Below are positions 21,898 through 30,828 of a stretch of DNA of 64,000 nt, piece by piece. Origin of the DNA: an uncultured Chloroflexia bacterium (GTDB lineage: Bacteria > Chloroflexota > Anaerolineae > JAAYZQ01). The position numbers and the translations under genes were made by a program. The stretch is from positions 1,248,001-1,312,000 of the forward strand of contig CAVOXA010000001.1 of the NCBI GenBank assembly GCA_963700285.1, written 5' to 3'. Each line of letters opens with the position of its first letter. Position 1 is the first letter of the stretch. Under the pieces are notes generated by a model that did no database searches, was not told the DNA's origin, and saw only the letters and a list, made by a program, of their open reading frames with translations.

Positions 21898-22439
21898 CCA
21901 TCAAGGGAAAGAATGTAGAGATCACAGAGCGATTGGTAGACTATGTGGAGAAAAAGATCGGGAAGCTCGATCGTTACCTGCCCTCCATAAGCGATGCATG
22001 GGTAGAGTTGTCTGTAGAGGGCGCCAGGGCAGCAGCGCATCGACAAGTCTGTCAAGTCACCGTTCGCTCCAATGGCACGATCTTGCGGGCCGAAGAAAGG
22101 TCCGACGACATGTTCAACTCGATTGATACGGTCTTGAACAAGATGTATCGCCAGATTGCCCGCTACAAGGGCAAACGCCAGAACCGCTGGCGAGGAGCGG
22201 GTATGAGCGTTGAGCCGCTCCCCCCTCAGTTTGAGGAAGAGGAATTTGACGAGGAGCCCAGCATCGTACGCATCAAGCGTTTCTCCATGATACCTATGAA
22301 TCCCCAAGAGGCAGTCGAGCAGATGGAGCTGCTCGACCACGACTTTTTTGTTTTCTACAATGCCGATGCTGGCCAGATCAACGTTCTTTATCGTCGTGAG
22401 GGAGCCAGCTATGGTTTGCTTCAACCCGACTTGATGTGA
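21888..22439 (+). CDS. hpf: Long ribosome hibernation promoting factor
   Basis: IKGKNVEIT, YVEKKIGKLDRY, PM.PQEAVEQMELLDHDFFVF, NVLYRR...YGL. Confidence 0.95.
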   Translation: MELTIKGKNVEITERLVDYVEKKIGKLDRYLPSISDAWVELSVEGARAAAHRQVCQVTVRSNGTILRAEERSDDMFNSIDTVLNKMYRQIARYKGKRQNRWRGAGMSVEPLPPQFEEEEFDEEPSIVRIKRFSMIPMNPQEAVEQMELLDHDFFVFYNADAGQINVLYRREGASYGLLQPDLM

Positions 22440-22453
22440 TCTTGCACGTTGTT

Positions 22454-22491
22454 GGGGCCGGGCCTCCAGAGGCTCGGCCCCCGTTGCGTTT
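22454..22491 (+). terminator. GC-rich hairpin after hpf (probable terminator)
   Basis: GGGGCCGGGCCT-CCAG-AGGCTCGGCCCC, followed by a weak T tract. Confidence 0.55.
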
Positions 22492-22553
22492 GAATGGCTG
22501 GCGTGGCTTCAGCCCTGCGCCTCAGCGACGGGCAGGTATCCAGGACGACCATC

Positions 22554-23012
22554 ATGAAAGTGATCTTGTTTGTCTGTACCGGCAACATATGCCGCTCACC
22601 CATGGCAGTCGGCCTATTGCGCCAACGGCTGGCAGAGAAAGGGCTAGAAGGACAGTACCAGGTAATCTCTGCTGGCGTGAGTGCCGTTGACGGATACCGG
22701 GCCAGCAGGAATGGCGTATTTGTGATGGCCGAACGGGGGATAGACACCACCTGTCACATTGCTCACACCGTCACTGGCAATGATATGATCATGGCCAATT
22801 TAGTCCTGTCCATGAGCCGGCGGCAGGCGCAGAGCCTTCGCCAGTCCTGGCCGCAGTATGCCTGGAAAGTCTATCTCTTGAGTGAGATGGCTGGCAGGCG
22901 CCAGGACATCAAAGATCCCTTTGGAGGCACTGTGGATCAGTATAGAGCCGCGGCCGATGTCATCTCACGCTACATCGACGAGGGTCTTGAGCGTATTCTT
23001 GAGTTGGCTTGA
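22554..23012 (+). CDS. Low-molecular-weight protein Tyr/Arg phosphatase
   Basis: P-loop FVCTGNICRSPMA, SAGV, DIKDPFGG. Confidence 0.92.
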   Translation: MKVILFVCTGNICRSPMAVGLLRQRLAEKGLEGQYQVISAGVSAVDGYRASRNGVFVMAERGIDTTCHIAHTVTGNDMIMANLVLSMSRRQAQSLRQSWPQYAWKVYLLSEMAGRRQDIKDPFGGTVDQYRAAADVISRYIDEGLERILELA

Positions 23013-23052
23013 ACCGGAACCCCCGGACGACAACCCCCAGCCCAGGCGCCAG

Positions 23053-23814
23053 TCATTCACTTGTGCGCAGCAACCGCAGGCGCTGGTAAGTGACAAAGGT
23101 ATACCAACCCATAAGGCCGCAGAACAAGAGGCCGTACACGTGGTCGCGATAGCCCCCGAGGGTCACAAAACGCCGCCAGAACTCGCGTAGGGGCATGCTC
23201 GCGTAGCTCCAGGGGCGGACGCGGACCTTCTTCTCGGCCAATATGCGGGCTTCGAAACTGGCATACTGGTTCATCTTGCGCTGAAAGTCGCGGACGGTAT
23301 CATAGTTGTAGTGAATGAGCACGTTCTCCAGGTAGCCTGCTTCGCCATCGAGCATGACGATCTCGTGGACAGGATGGGACGGATCGTAACTGGCCCGGTC
23401 CCTGGCCAGCAACCGCAGTTGGTAGTCCGGATACCACCCGCCGCCCCGCATGCGGTGGCCGATCATATAGTTGTGCCGGGGGACCCACCACCCTGCCCGC
23501 GCTTCTTTGCCATCGTAGCGGATGACGCGCAGCACTTCCTCCGCAAGGGCAGGTGTCGCCCGCTCATCAGAATCCACGAAAAAGACCCAGCGCGCCTCCA
23601 CGGCTTCCAGAGCTGCGTTCCTCTGAGCCGCAAAGTCCTCAAAGGCATGTTGGATCACCCACGCGCCCTGCGCGCACGCAATACTGGCCGTGCCATCGGT
23701 GCTGAAATCATCAAAAACCACTCGCTTCTCAACCCAGGCCAGGCTATCCAGGCAGTCGCCAATGAGGTACTCGTTATTGTGAGCCAGAACTATGGCTGCA
23801 ACCTCAACCGTCAC
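23053..23814 (-). CDS. Glycosyltransferase family 2
   Basis: DDFSTDGT, FAAQRN.AL, FVDSDER, YPDYQLRL, VHE. Confidence 0.9.
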   Translation of the reverse strand: MTVEVAAIVLAHNNEYLIGDCLDSLAWVEKRVVFDDFSTDGTASIACAQGAWVIQHAFEDFAAQRNAALEAVEARWVFFVDSDERATPALAEEVLRVIRYDGKEARAGWWVPRHNYMIGHRMRGGGWYPDYQLRLLARDRASYDPSHPVHEIVMLDGEAGYLENVLIHYNYDTVRDFQRKMNQYASFEARILAEKKVRVRPWSYASMPLREFWRRFVTLGGYRDHVYGLLFCGLMGWYTFVTYQRLRLLRTSE

Positions 23815-24746
23815 AGTGCTGCTACCTCCCCATAGGCGGCCAGGCGGCCCTCCAGCTCACTGGCCGTGATCTCCCCACGATGATGTGCTGCCATGGCGCG
23901 GCGGGATTCGGACCACAACCCCAACTTTACCAGACGCCGGAATGCCCAGCCAAAAGCACGGCTGCCGTTCTTTTCAGCCAGCAGGAACCGACTCCGCCAC
24001 AGCGCCACGTACATCCGGTCGCGGAACTGCCTGGTGCTCTGGGCTACGAGGTGGACGATCTCGGCTCTGGGCACGCAATAGATCTCCCAACCTGCCTTCT
24101 TGATGCGCTGGCACAAATCGATTTCCTCACAGTACATAAAGAAACGCTCGTCAAAGCCACCGACCTGGGCCAGCGTCTCGCCGCGCACCATTAGCGCCGC
24201 GCCCAGGGGATGATCTACGGAGAAAGGTTTGCCTTTGTACAGCTGGCGAGAATACCGGCCATTAAGACGGGAGTCTAGCAGCCGGTGGTGGATGGGGTAA
24301 AAGTCGAGAAAAACCTGGGCCATGCCTGGAAAGGCAAATGCCGAGTGCTGGAAGCTGCCGTCGCCGTGCTGAAGGCGCGCCCCAGCGGCGCCGGCGCTGG
24401 GTGTCGAGTCCATAAAGTCGACCAGGACGCGCAGGGCATCATCCAACACGCGTGTGTCGGGATTTAGGAAAAGTATGTGCCTCGGCGAGCTGTGTGCACG
24501 AAATCCCATTGTTGCCAGGGCCAGGTTGTTTCCTGCGGCGAAGCCCAGGTTGTCATCGTGGGCAATCAGCCTGACCTGGGGGAATCGCTGTTGTACCATG
24601 TCAGCGCTGCCGTCGGCCGACGCATTGTCCACCACCCATAACTCGCCCACCAGTCCTGACCGCTCCAGGTCGTCCAGGACCGATTCCAGGCAGTCGGCAA
24701 GCAACTCTCGTGTATTATAGCTGACCGTGATGACGGCTAGATCCAT
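23811..24746 (-). CDS. Glycosyltransferase family 2 (rhamnosyltransferase-like)
   Basis: VSYNT, VVDNASADGS, NLGFAAGNN, FLNPDT, GFDERFFMY.EEIDLC. Confidence 0.9.
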   Translation of the reverse strand: MDLAVITVSYNTRELLADCLESVLDDLERSGLVGELWVVDNASADGSADMVQQRFPQVRLIAHDDNLGFAAGNNLALATMGFRAHSSPRHILFLNPDTRVLDDALRVLVDFMDSTPSAGAAGARLQHGDGSFQHSAFAFPGMAQVFLDFYPIHHRLLDSRLNGRYSRQLYKGKPFSVDHPLGAALMVRGETLAQVGGFDERFFMYCEEIDLCQRIKKAGWEIYCVPRAEIVHLVAQSTRQFRDRMYVALWRSRFLLAEKNGSRAFGWAFRRLVKLGLWSESRRAMAAHHRGEITASELEGRLAAYGEVAAL

Positions 24747-24815
24747 GGGCGACCAAAAAGAAACGAGGAACGCAGCCAAACACTCCGTCCCTCGTCCTGT
24801 GTCCTCCGTCCTGTC

Positions 24816-26150
24816 CTATGGCTCGTCGATGTGGATGAGCAGCCGGTCGACATAGTTGTTCTCAGCATTGATCCCCACGTATTCGTGGATCAGACCGCCC
24901 CAGGCAAAGATCGCATCGCGGGGAAAAGGACCTACCATTTCGATGCTCCCCGTGACGGTACCTCGCTTGCCTGGATCCAGGAACCACTGTTCGTGACCAT
25001 CAATGATCTCCTTGCGCAGTTCACCAGGTTGGCCTACCGCCCACCGATAGGGAAAATCGGTACTGGACGTGTCGAAATTGATGCCAAAGCGCCAGACACC
25101 AGCCTGCTGGTGATAGCTCTCTTCACCCAAGTCCAAAGCCAGTGTATTGTAATTCTGGTCGCTGCGATAGGTTGTACCCGGGAACGGTCCGGAGGTGCGC
25201 AGTGGCACCAGGCCATAGTTCTCGATATAGGTCGTGAATACCAGCGTTGAGCCCAGAGGCAGATACATTTCGGTACCTTCCAGGCTGCGCAGGGCGTTCC
25301 CCCATTGGATCTCCCCGTTGACGACCTCAGCCCGGGGCTTCCCGCCCAGTTCGATGGTCAGGGTATTGCTGACTACCACGTGATGACCGGCGAGATCGCG
25401 CGCCTCGGCCGTTACGACATAGGTGCCGTCGGCAGGTGGATCGGCGCCGCGATCTACGCCGCCGTCATAGTCATAGTAGTGGTAGCCCGCTTCACCTGGC
25501 TTGGCCGCGCGCTCTTGTTCCTCCATCGGGTACTGCACATCGGGTTGGTCAGGATGGTAGAGGTATACCTGGACGCTCTCCACATCCTTGCTTAGGAAGT
25601 AGGCGACACCGGTACGGTCGTCCAACCCATCCTGATTGGGCGTAAAGATGGGAAGGGCCACTGTGAACTTGCGCAGCTCGGGTACTACCGTATCCCCCCC
25701 GTTTAGTGTAATCTGCCCCTCGCTGCGTTCCATCTGACCTTCGTCGTCCGTGGCTTCCACCACCCAGGTATAGGTCCCATCAGGCAGCACCCAGCTCTCC
25801 ACTGCTTGCCGGCCAAATTCGTTCTCCAGCCACTTGAGCTGGTTGACAGTGCCGCCCCACTGTACGCGATAGTCGCCGGCTGATCGGGGCCGATCCTGCC
25901 GGAAATAGAAGCGCTCGCCACTGTCATTCTCAAAATAGATAGAGACGTGGGCGTTCCGTGCCAGCTTGTATTCAATATTGGTGACGTCCTCTGTACCGTC
26001 TGCGTTCGGCGAAATAACGTCAGGGGTCAGGGCTACATCGTTGAGGAGAGGGCGGAGCTGGCAACCGCTCAGCAAGAGGCCGAGCAGAAGCAACGCGCCG
26101 AAAACCGAGCCTGCGTAAATGCTTCTGAAGGTATCCTTCGCTGTACTCAC
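24816..26150 (-). CDS. Lipoprotein with two FlgD-Ig/CHU_C-like modules
   Basis: Lipobox LLLSG-C; ISPNADG..D...PDGTY and IFTPNQDGLDD...ADGTY. GTG start just after TTGACG-17-TACACT (26160-26188), so probably near-leaderless. Confidence 0.7.
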   Translation of the reverse strand: MSTAKDTFRSIYAGSVFGALLLLGLLLSGCQLRPLLNDVALTPDVISPNADGTEDVTNIEYKLARNAHVSIYFENDSGERFYFRQDRPRSAGDYRVQWGGTVNQLKWLENEFGRQAVESWVLPDGTYTWVVEATDDEGQMERSEGQITLNGGDTVVPELRKFTVALPIFTPNQDGLDDRTGVAYFLSKDVESVQVYLYHPDQPDVQYPMEEQERAAKPGEAGYHYYDYDGGVDRGADPPADGTYVVTAEARDLAGHHVVVSNTLTIELGGKPRAEVVNGEIQWGNALRSLEGTEMYLPLGSTLVFTTYIENYGLVPLRTSGPFPGTTYRSDQNYNTLALDLGEESYHQQAGVWRFGINFDTSSTDFPYRWAVGQPGELRKEIIDGHEQWFLDPGKRGTVTGSIEMVGPFPRDAIFAWGGLIHEYVGINAENNYVDRLLIHIDEP

Positions 26151-26292
26151 GATGGCGCCAGTGTACCAAAAGGGGATATGTTCGTCAAATCGCCAATTTC
26201 CCAATGCCGGGTTCACTTCTGAAGGTAGAGAGGGCAGCCAGAGACCTCTTCTAGACTGCCCTCCATGTCTGTCTTGCCATGCCAGGTGCTGC

Positions 26293-26493
26293 CTACCCAC
26301 CGGCCGTCATGTGCAGCACCTTGACCTCGGCATTGTCAGGGATCTGCTGCCTGGCATACTCTTCCTTCGGAATCAACACGCCGTCCACGGACACAATGAG
26401 GAGTGGAAAGCTGAATTTGAGCTGCGCCAGCAACTGCGTTACAGTTATCTCTGGCTCCCACTCAACCTCAAACTTGCCATTCACGCGGATCAT
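26293..26493 (-). CDS. MoaD/ThiS-family sulfur carrier
   Basis: 66 aa, MIRVNG start, C-terminal TAGG; directly after AOR. Confidence 0.9.
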   Translation of the reverse strand: MIRVNGKFEVEWEPEITVTQLLAQLKFSFPLLIVSVDGVLIPKEEYARQQIPDNAEVKVLHMTAGG

Positions 26494-26511
26494 GGAATCC
26501 CCACCACGGCC

Positions 26512-28680
26512 TCAAGACAGATGGCGCGTGACGACTGCCACGACCTCAGGGAAGGCGATGCCCAGTTCCTGCAACTTTTCAAGCGTCGGCACGCCATCAG
26601 AGGTCCAGCCTCTCCGTTTGTATACGGCGTCGGAAAGCTTTTCATACTGGTCCTCGCGATAGGCCCGGATGGCTGCCACCTTTTCTTCCGTGCTCTTGCC
26701 TTCAGGATCGAGGCCGAGAATCTCGCACATTTGCTTGTCATACCGGTCGGCGCGGGACTCGTACTCTTCGACGGTCACTGGCCCGGCGCTGCGGTAGGGG
26801 ATCGCGTCATGGGCCCGGCGGCCAAAGCCCATGCGGAGGTTAAAGACTCTCTGATAGTTGTATACACGTTCGGAGTGCAGGATCAGATCGTCCTTCGTCG
26901 TCTCCCTGCCCGTAACTGACTGAAAGAACTTGACATAGTTGTCCACGTGCTCTGGGATTTTGGCCGGGTCGTCGGTCTGGAAGTTATCTTCGGGGACCAC
27001 GTCGTTCCAGATGATCTTGCACAGACCGTTCAGTCCAAACCAGGTCCTCCACATCGGATAGTAGTGCAGTGCTTCCGCCTTGTCCTCAAACGTTGGGATC
27101 TGGTTGTTCACCTGGTCCATAAAGATGAGCCAGGCTTCATCGTGCTGCGGACCCTTGAGGGTCAAGCCGTAGCCGCCCTGCATTGCCAGTGACTCTTTTG
27201 TCACATACTCCGAGTACTCGAGGCCCTTGGACTCCATGCCGATATCCTGCATGAACTGTGGATCGCCACCATATTCCTCGGCAAAGATCTTTTTCATGCG
27301 GCGGATACCCTGGCCAACGATCTGCCCAAAGCCTTCTCCCCGGGCTATCTGGTGGAGGACCGCCATGGTCTCCTCAGCGTTGCCAAAGCTCAGGTCCAGG
27401 CCGCTGGTAATCTCTTTGTTGAGAATACCCACCTCGTAGCACTCCATCACAAAGCCCATCGAGGTACCAAAAGAGATGGTGTCCAATCCGTAGGTGTCGC
27501 AGTAAAAGTTCATTTCTGCAACCCAGTGCGCATCAAAGATGCCCAGGTTTGAGCCACAGCCGGCGATGGTCTCGTACTCGGGTCCATCCACACCGACGAC
27601 CTCGCCCTGGTAGGGCCCTGTACGTATCGTCACACCGTCAATGCCCTTGGAGCAGGCCATGGTACAGCCGTACCAGCAGCCATCGCGGACGCCATAGGGC
27701 GCGAACAGTTTTCGGTATACATCGGACGTGATTTTGTGCGTCTCAGGATGCGAGCCGAACTTAAAGTTGTGGGTAGGCAACAGGTCATAGTCGTCCATGA
27801 TCGATGCCAGGTGCGCAGTGCCCACGCCGGCCATGTCGTTCTGGATTGGATCCAGGCGACGCATCTCGTCGTTGACCCTGCGGCCTGTCTCCTGCAGGAG
27901 CTTGGGATCGGCGGGGTGATTCATATCGCCCTTCATCTCACTGAACTTGACCACGAGGGCCTTGATCTTTTTGTCGCGAAAGACGGTGCCGATACCGCCC
28001 CGGCCTGCCTGCTTGTAGCGCATCCGGCCACGTCTTGGATCCCACCAGCTAAAGTTTAGGCAGCCAAAGTAAGCGTGATCCGCCCCGGAGCCGGCCGAAA
28101 CGCTCGAGATCGCGCGCTTTCCCTTCTCATCGTCCGCATACATCTCGGCCATCTGTTCGCCGATCAAATAGGTGTCTACCGCCTCTTCCGGCGCTTCTTC
28201 GATGGTCACCTTGCCGTTGTCGCCATCCACATAGACAATGACGTCACGGTCTGCTTTTCCCTGGACCTCGATGGCATCCCAACCAGAGTACTTGAGCAGG
28301 GGGCCATAGTAACCGCCCACATTGCTGTCAATGATGCAGTTGGTTAGGGGAGAGAGGCTGACCACCAACGATTTTCCGGCGCCTGGATAGCCAGTGGTGC
28401 CGCCCAAAGGTCCGGAGGAGATGATGATCTCGTTTTCCGGATCATCCCACTGGGTCTCAGGGGTGACGCCATCCCATAGGAGTTTGAGACCGAACCCACG
28501 CCCGCCGACAAAGATCTCCTTCATCTGCTCGGTCACCGGCTTGCTGCTGATGCTGTTGTCCGAGAGGTTGATATACAGGGTCTTGCCGGTGTAACCTCTA
28601 TCGATCGATACCGGTTCGTAGGTGAACTCGGCCAGTGTCTTGTGTGCCTGCTTCATAGTCTGAACATCTGTCGTGCTCAT
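26512..28680 (-). CDS. aor: Aldehyde:ferredoxin oxidoreductase family (tungstopterin)
   Basis: FVGGRG, SPLT...DSNVGG, AGRGG.G.V...K.IKA, C.GC..AC, GPEYET, CD.YGLDTIS, Y..RGW..DGVPT. Confidence 0.92.
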   Translation of the reverse strand: MSTTDVQTMKQAHKTLAEFTYEPVSIDRGYTGKTLYINLSDNSISSKPVTEQMKEIFVGGRGFGLKLLWDGVTPETQWDDPENEIIISSGPLGGTTGYPGAGKSLVVSLSPLTNCIIDSNVGGYYGPLLKYSGWDAIEVQGKADRDVIVYVDGDNGKVTIEEAPEEAVDTYLIGEQMAEMYADDEKGKRAISSVSAGSGADHAYFGCLNFSWWDPRRGRMRYKQAGRGGIGTVFRDKKIKALVVKFSEMKGDMNHPADPKLLQETGRRVNDEMRRLDPIQNDMAGVGTAHLASIMDDYDLLPTHNFKFGSHPETHKITSDVYRKLFAPYGVRDGCWYGCTMACSKGIDGVTIRTGPYQGEVVGVDGPEYETIAGCGSNLGIFDAHWVAEMNFYCDTYGLDTISFGTSMGFVMECYEVGILNKEITSGLDLSFGNAEETMAVLHQIARGEGFGQIVGQGIRRMKKIFAEEYGGDPQFMQDIGMESKGLEYSEYVTKESLAMQGGYGLTLKGPQHDEAWLIFMDQVNNQIPTFEDKAEALHYYPMWRTWFGLNGLCKIIWNDVVPEDNFQTDDPAKIPEHVDNYVKFFQSVTGRETTKDDLILHSERVYNYQRVFNLRMGFGRRAHDAIPYRSAGPVTVEEYESRADRYDKQMCEILGLDPEGKSTEEKVAAIRAYREDQYEKLSDAVYKRRGWTSDGVPTLEKLQELGIAFPEVVAVVTRHLS

Positions 28681-28730
28681 GGTGCAACCTCCATTGGTCC
28701 GAATGTTCTTGTGCCTTGATTCGCCAGGCG

Positions 28731-28759
28731 ATTATACGAGATCTGGGCCAAAGATGCAA
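28731..28759 (-). promoter_or_regulatory. sigma70-type promoter of aor-moaD
   Basis: Minus strand TTGCAT, 17 bp, TATAAT. Confidence 0.65.
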
Positions 28760-28871
28760 TTTGACAGTCGCGGCGAACCCTGCGCGTTATCGCCAGTCTG
28801 CCCGGCTGGTCCAAGCGAATCTGCCAGGCAGCATCCAGGCAGCATCCGGGGGCGAGCCAACTGGCCGCGAA

Positions 28872-29732
28872 TCATTCTACATAAAAGGCGACGCCCAGGG
28901 TTCCGGGTCCTGCATGTGTGCCTATGACTGGCCCGCACTCGCTCTCTATCATCTCCACCGGATGAAAGTGCGCCTCCAACTGTTCCCTAAGGGAGGCTGC
29001 CTCCGCTGCCGCGGCGACGTGAAGTACCGCCATGTGTACTCGGTCCCCTTCGGACAGTTGTTCTTGCACCAGGTTGATCAGTGTGCCCAGGGCTTTGCGC
29101 CGGGTACGCACCCTCGCCAGCGGAGTGACGATACCATCGCGGATCTCCAGGATCGGTTTGAGATTCAGGGCCGAGCCAAAGATTTTGGCCGCAGCGCCGA
29201 TGCGGCCGCCCCGGTGTAGGTATTCGAGGGTATCGACCATAAAGTAGACGTGCGTTTTGCCGACCAGCGCACGGGCTGCGGAAGCGACTTCCTCCAGACC
29301 AGCTCCTTCGGCCGCAGCGCGAGCTGCCGCCAGGACGGTGAAGCCAAGCTGCATGGAGGCAGCCTGGGAATCAACCAGCTCTATTGGAATCTCTGAGAGC
29401 TTTTCCGCGGCGGCCCTGGCCGATCTGAGCGTGCCGCTGAGTGCGTCGGAGACCAGGACGGCAACGACGCCATCTCTGCCTCTGGAGACCTCTGAGAAAA
29501 GCTCTACAAAGCTGGCCACGGTGGGCTGCGAGGTCGTCGGGAAGCTCGATGATCTCTGGAGCAGATCGTAGAACGCGGGCGGATCGATGTCCACACCATC
29601 GCGCCAGGTCTCGGTACCCATGATCAGTATAAGTGGCTCAATATGGACGTCGTACTGTTGGGCGAGATCTGGCGGAATATCAGCAGCGCTGTCGGTGATC
29701 ACGACGATGCGGCGGTGGATTGGCTGGTTCAT
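28872..29732 (-). CDS. DegV/FakB fatty-acid-binding protein
   Basis: ITDSAADI, PTTSQP, LSGT, TLEYLHRGGRIG, LNLKPIL, HAGPG. Confidence 0.93.
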   Translation of the reverse strand: MNQPIHRRIVVITDSAADIPPDLAQQYDVHIEPLILIMGTETWRDGVDIDPPAFYDLLQRSSSFPTTSQPTVASFVELFSEVSRGRDGVVAVLVSDALSGTLRSARAAAEKLSEIPIELVDSQAASMQLGFTVLAAARAAAEGAGLEEVASAARALVGKTHVYFMVDTLEYLHRGGRIGAAAKIFGSALNLKPILEIRDGIVTPLARVRTRRKALGTLINLVQEQLSEGDRVHMAVLHVAAAAEAASLREQLEAHFHPVEMIESECGPVIGTHAGPGTLGVAFYVE

Positions 29733-29875
29733 GCTGGTCCTCCTTGCTGCGCGGTATTGCGGCAGCAGTCCTACTTGTCAGGCTTCTGCTGAACGCTTGT
29801 TGCTCGGAGAAGCCGCTCGAGTGCAAACCACAGATCTGTTTATGGAACCCAAAAGCGCCGCCAACAGGTGCTTCG

Positions 29876-30736
29876 CTAAACAGGTTCGCCTGCAACGGCC
29901 ACAATCCCAACGAGGCCTGCGCCCGAGTGAACAGAGAGCCCGGGGGTCAGCTCGGCCATGATTATGTCTTCGGGGCACGGGAGGCACTCGCGGACCTGCT
30001 CCTCGAATAGGCGAGCCTCATCCAGGGCGCTCGCATGAATGATGGCCATCCGCTCGATGGACTGGTCGCTCATTGCCTCAGAGGTCAATTCGATCACCCT
30101 GACCCAAGACTTTTTCTGTGTTCTAACTCGCTCCAGCAGGTCAAGCTTGCCATTTTGAACGGCAAGAATGGGTTTGACGTTGAGCAGTGTGGCCATACCC
30201 GCCGCGAGGTTTCCTATCCGGCCGCTCATAGCCATGTATTTGACGGTCGATAGGGCGGCATAAACGTGCACGCGCCGGCCCACATCGAGGGCTTGGGCAA
30301 CGATATCCTCCACCGGGGTGCCTCTGACCGCGGCCTCGGCGGCAGCCAAGACCATGAACCCCTGGCCCATGCTCAGGGTCTGGGTGTCGACCACGGTGAT
30401 CTCGGCGTCGGGCAGCGTGTCACGGGCGACCATGGCCGCGCCGTACGTGGCGCTGACCTCGCTGCTGACACAGAAACAGACGATTTGGTCCGCACCCCCA
30501 TCGAGAGCAGCCTGGAAAGCCACCGAGAACTGCCCGGGCGAGGGTGCCGAGGTCGTGGGCAACTTGCCCTCGCGGTCCACCCGCTCAAAAAGCTGAGCAT
30601 CGTCGATCTCTAGGCCCGTTGCCAGGGTCTCATCACCGAAATGGACATTGATGGACACCTGCTGGATGCCATAGCTTGCGGCAACATCGGCTGGCAAGCT
30701 CGCATCGGTATCGGTGATAATGGCGACTGGTGACAT
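29876..30736 (-). CDS. DegV/FakB fatty-acid-binding protein (tandem paralog)
   Basis: ITDTDASL, PTTSAPSPG, SGRIG, LNVKPIL, HSGAG. Promoter TTGACC-17-TATACT at 30767-30795. Confidence 0.92.
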   Translation of the reverse strand: MSPVAIITDTDASLPADVAASYGIQQVSINVHFGDETLATGLEIDDAQLFERVDREGKLPTTSAPSPGQFSVAFQAALDGGADQIVCFCVSSEVSATYGAAMVARDTLPDAEITVVDTQTLSMGQGFMVLAAAEAAVRGTPVEDIVAQALDVGRRVHVYAALSTVKYMAMSGRIGNLAAGMATLLNVKPILAVQNGKLDLLERVRTQKKSWVRVIELTSEAMSDQSIERMAIIHASALDEARLFEEQVRECLPCPEDIIMAELTPGLSVHSGAGLVGIVAVAGEPV

Positions 30737-30828
30737 AAAGTACCCCCTGCTGTGTGCGTGCAAGAGAGTATAACATAACCTGACCTCGCGGTCAAGCCAG
30801 GGAGCGCTACATCTTGAGTTGGCTGTGG

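Noticed and set aside
24786-24815. Short CGTCC/TGTCC tandem run
   Set aside because: Low-complexity intergenic repeat with no evidence of function.
24816-26150. Type IX secretion substrate because of the FTPNxDG motif
   Set aside because: The motif is internal in a lipoprotein, and nothing in the window suggests a Bacteroidota-type T9SS.
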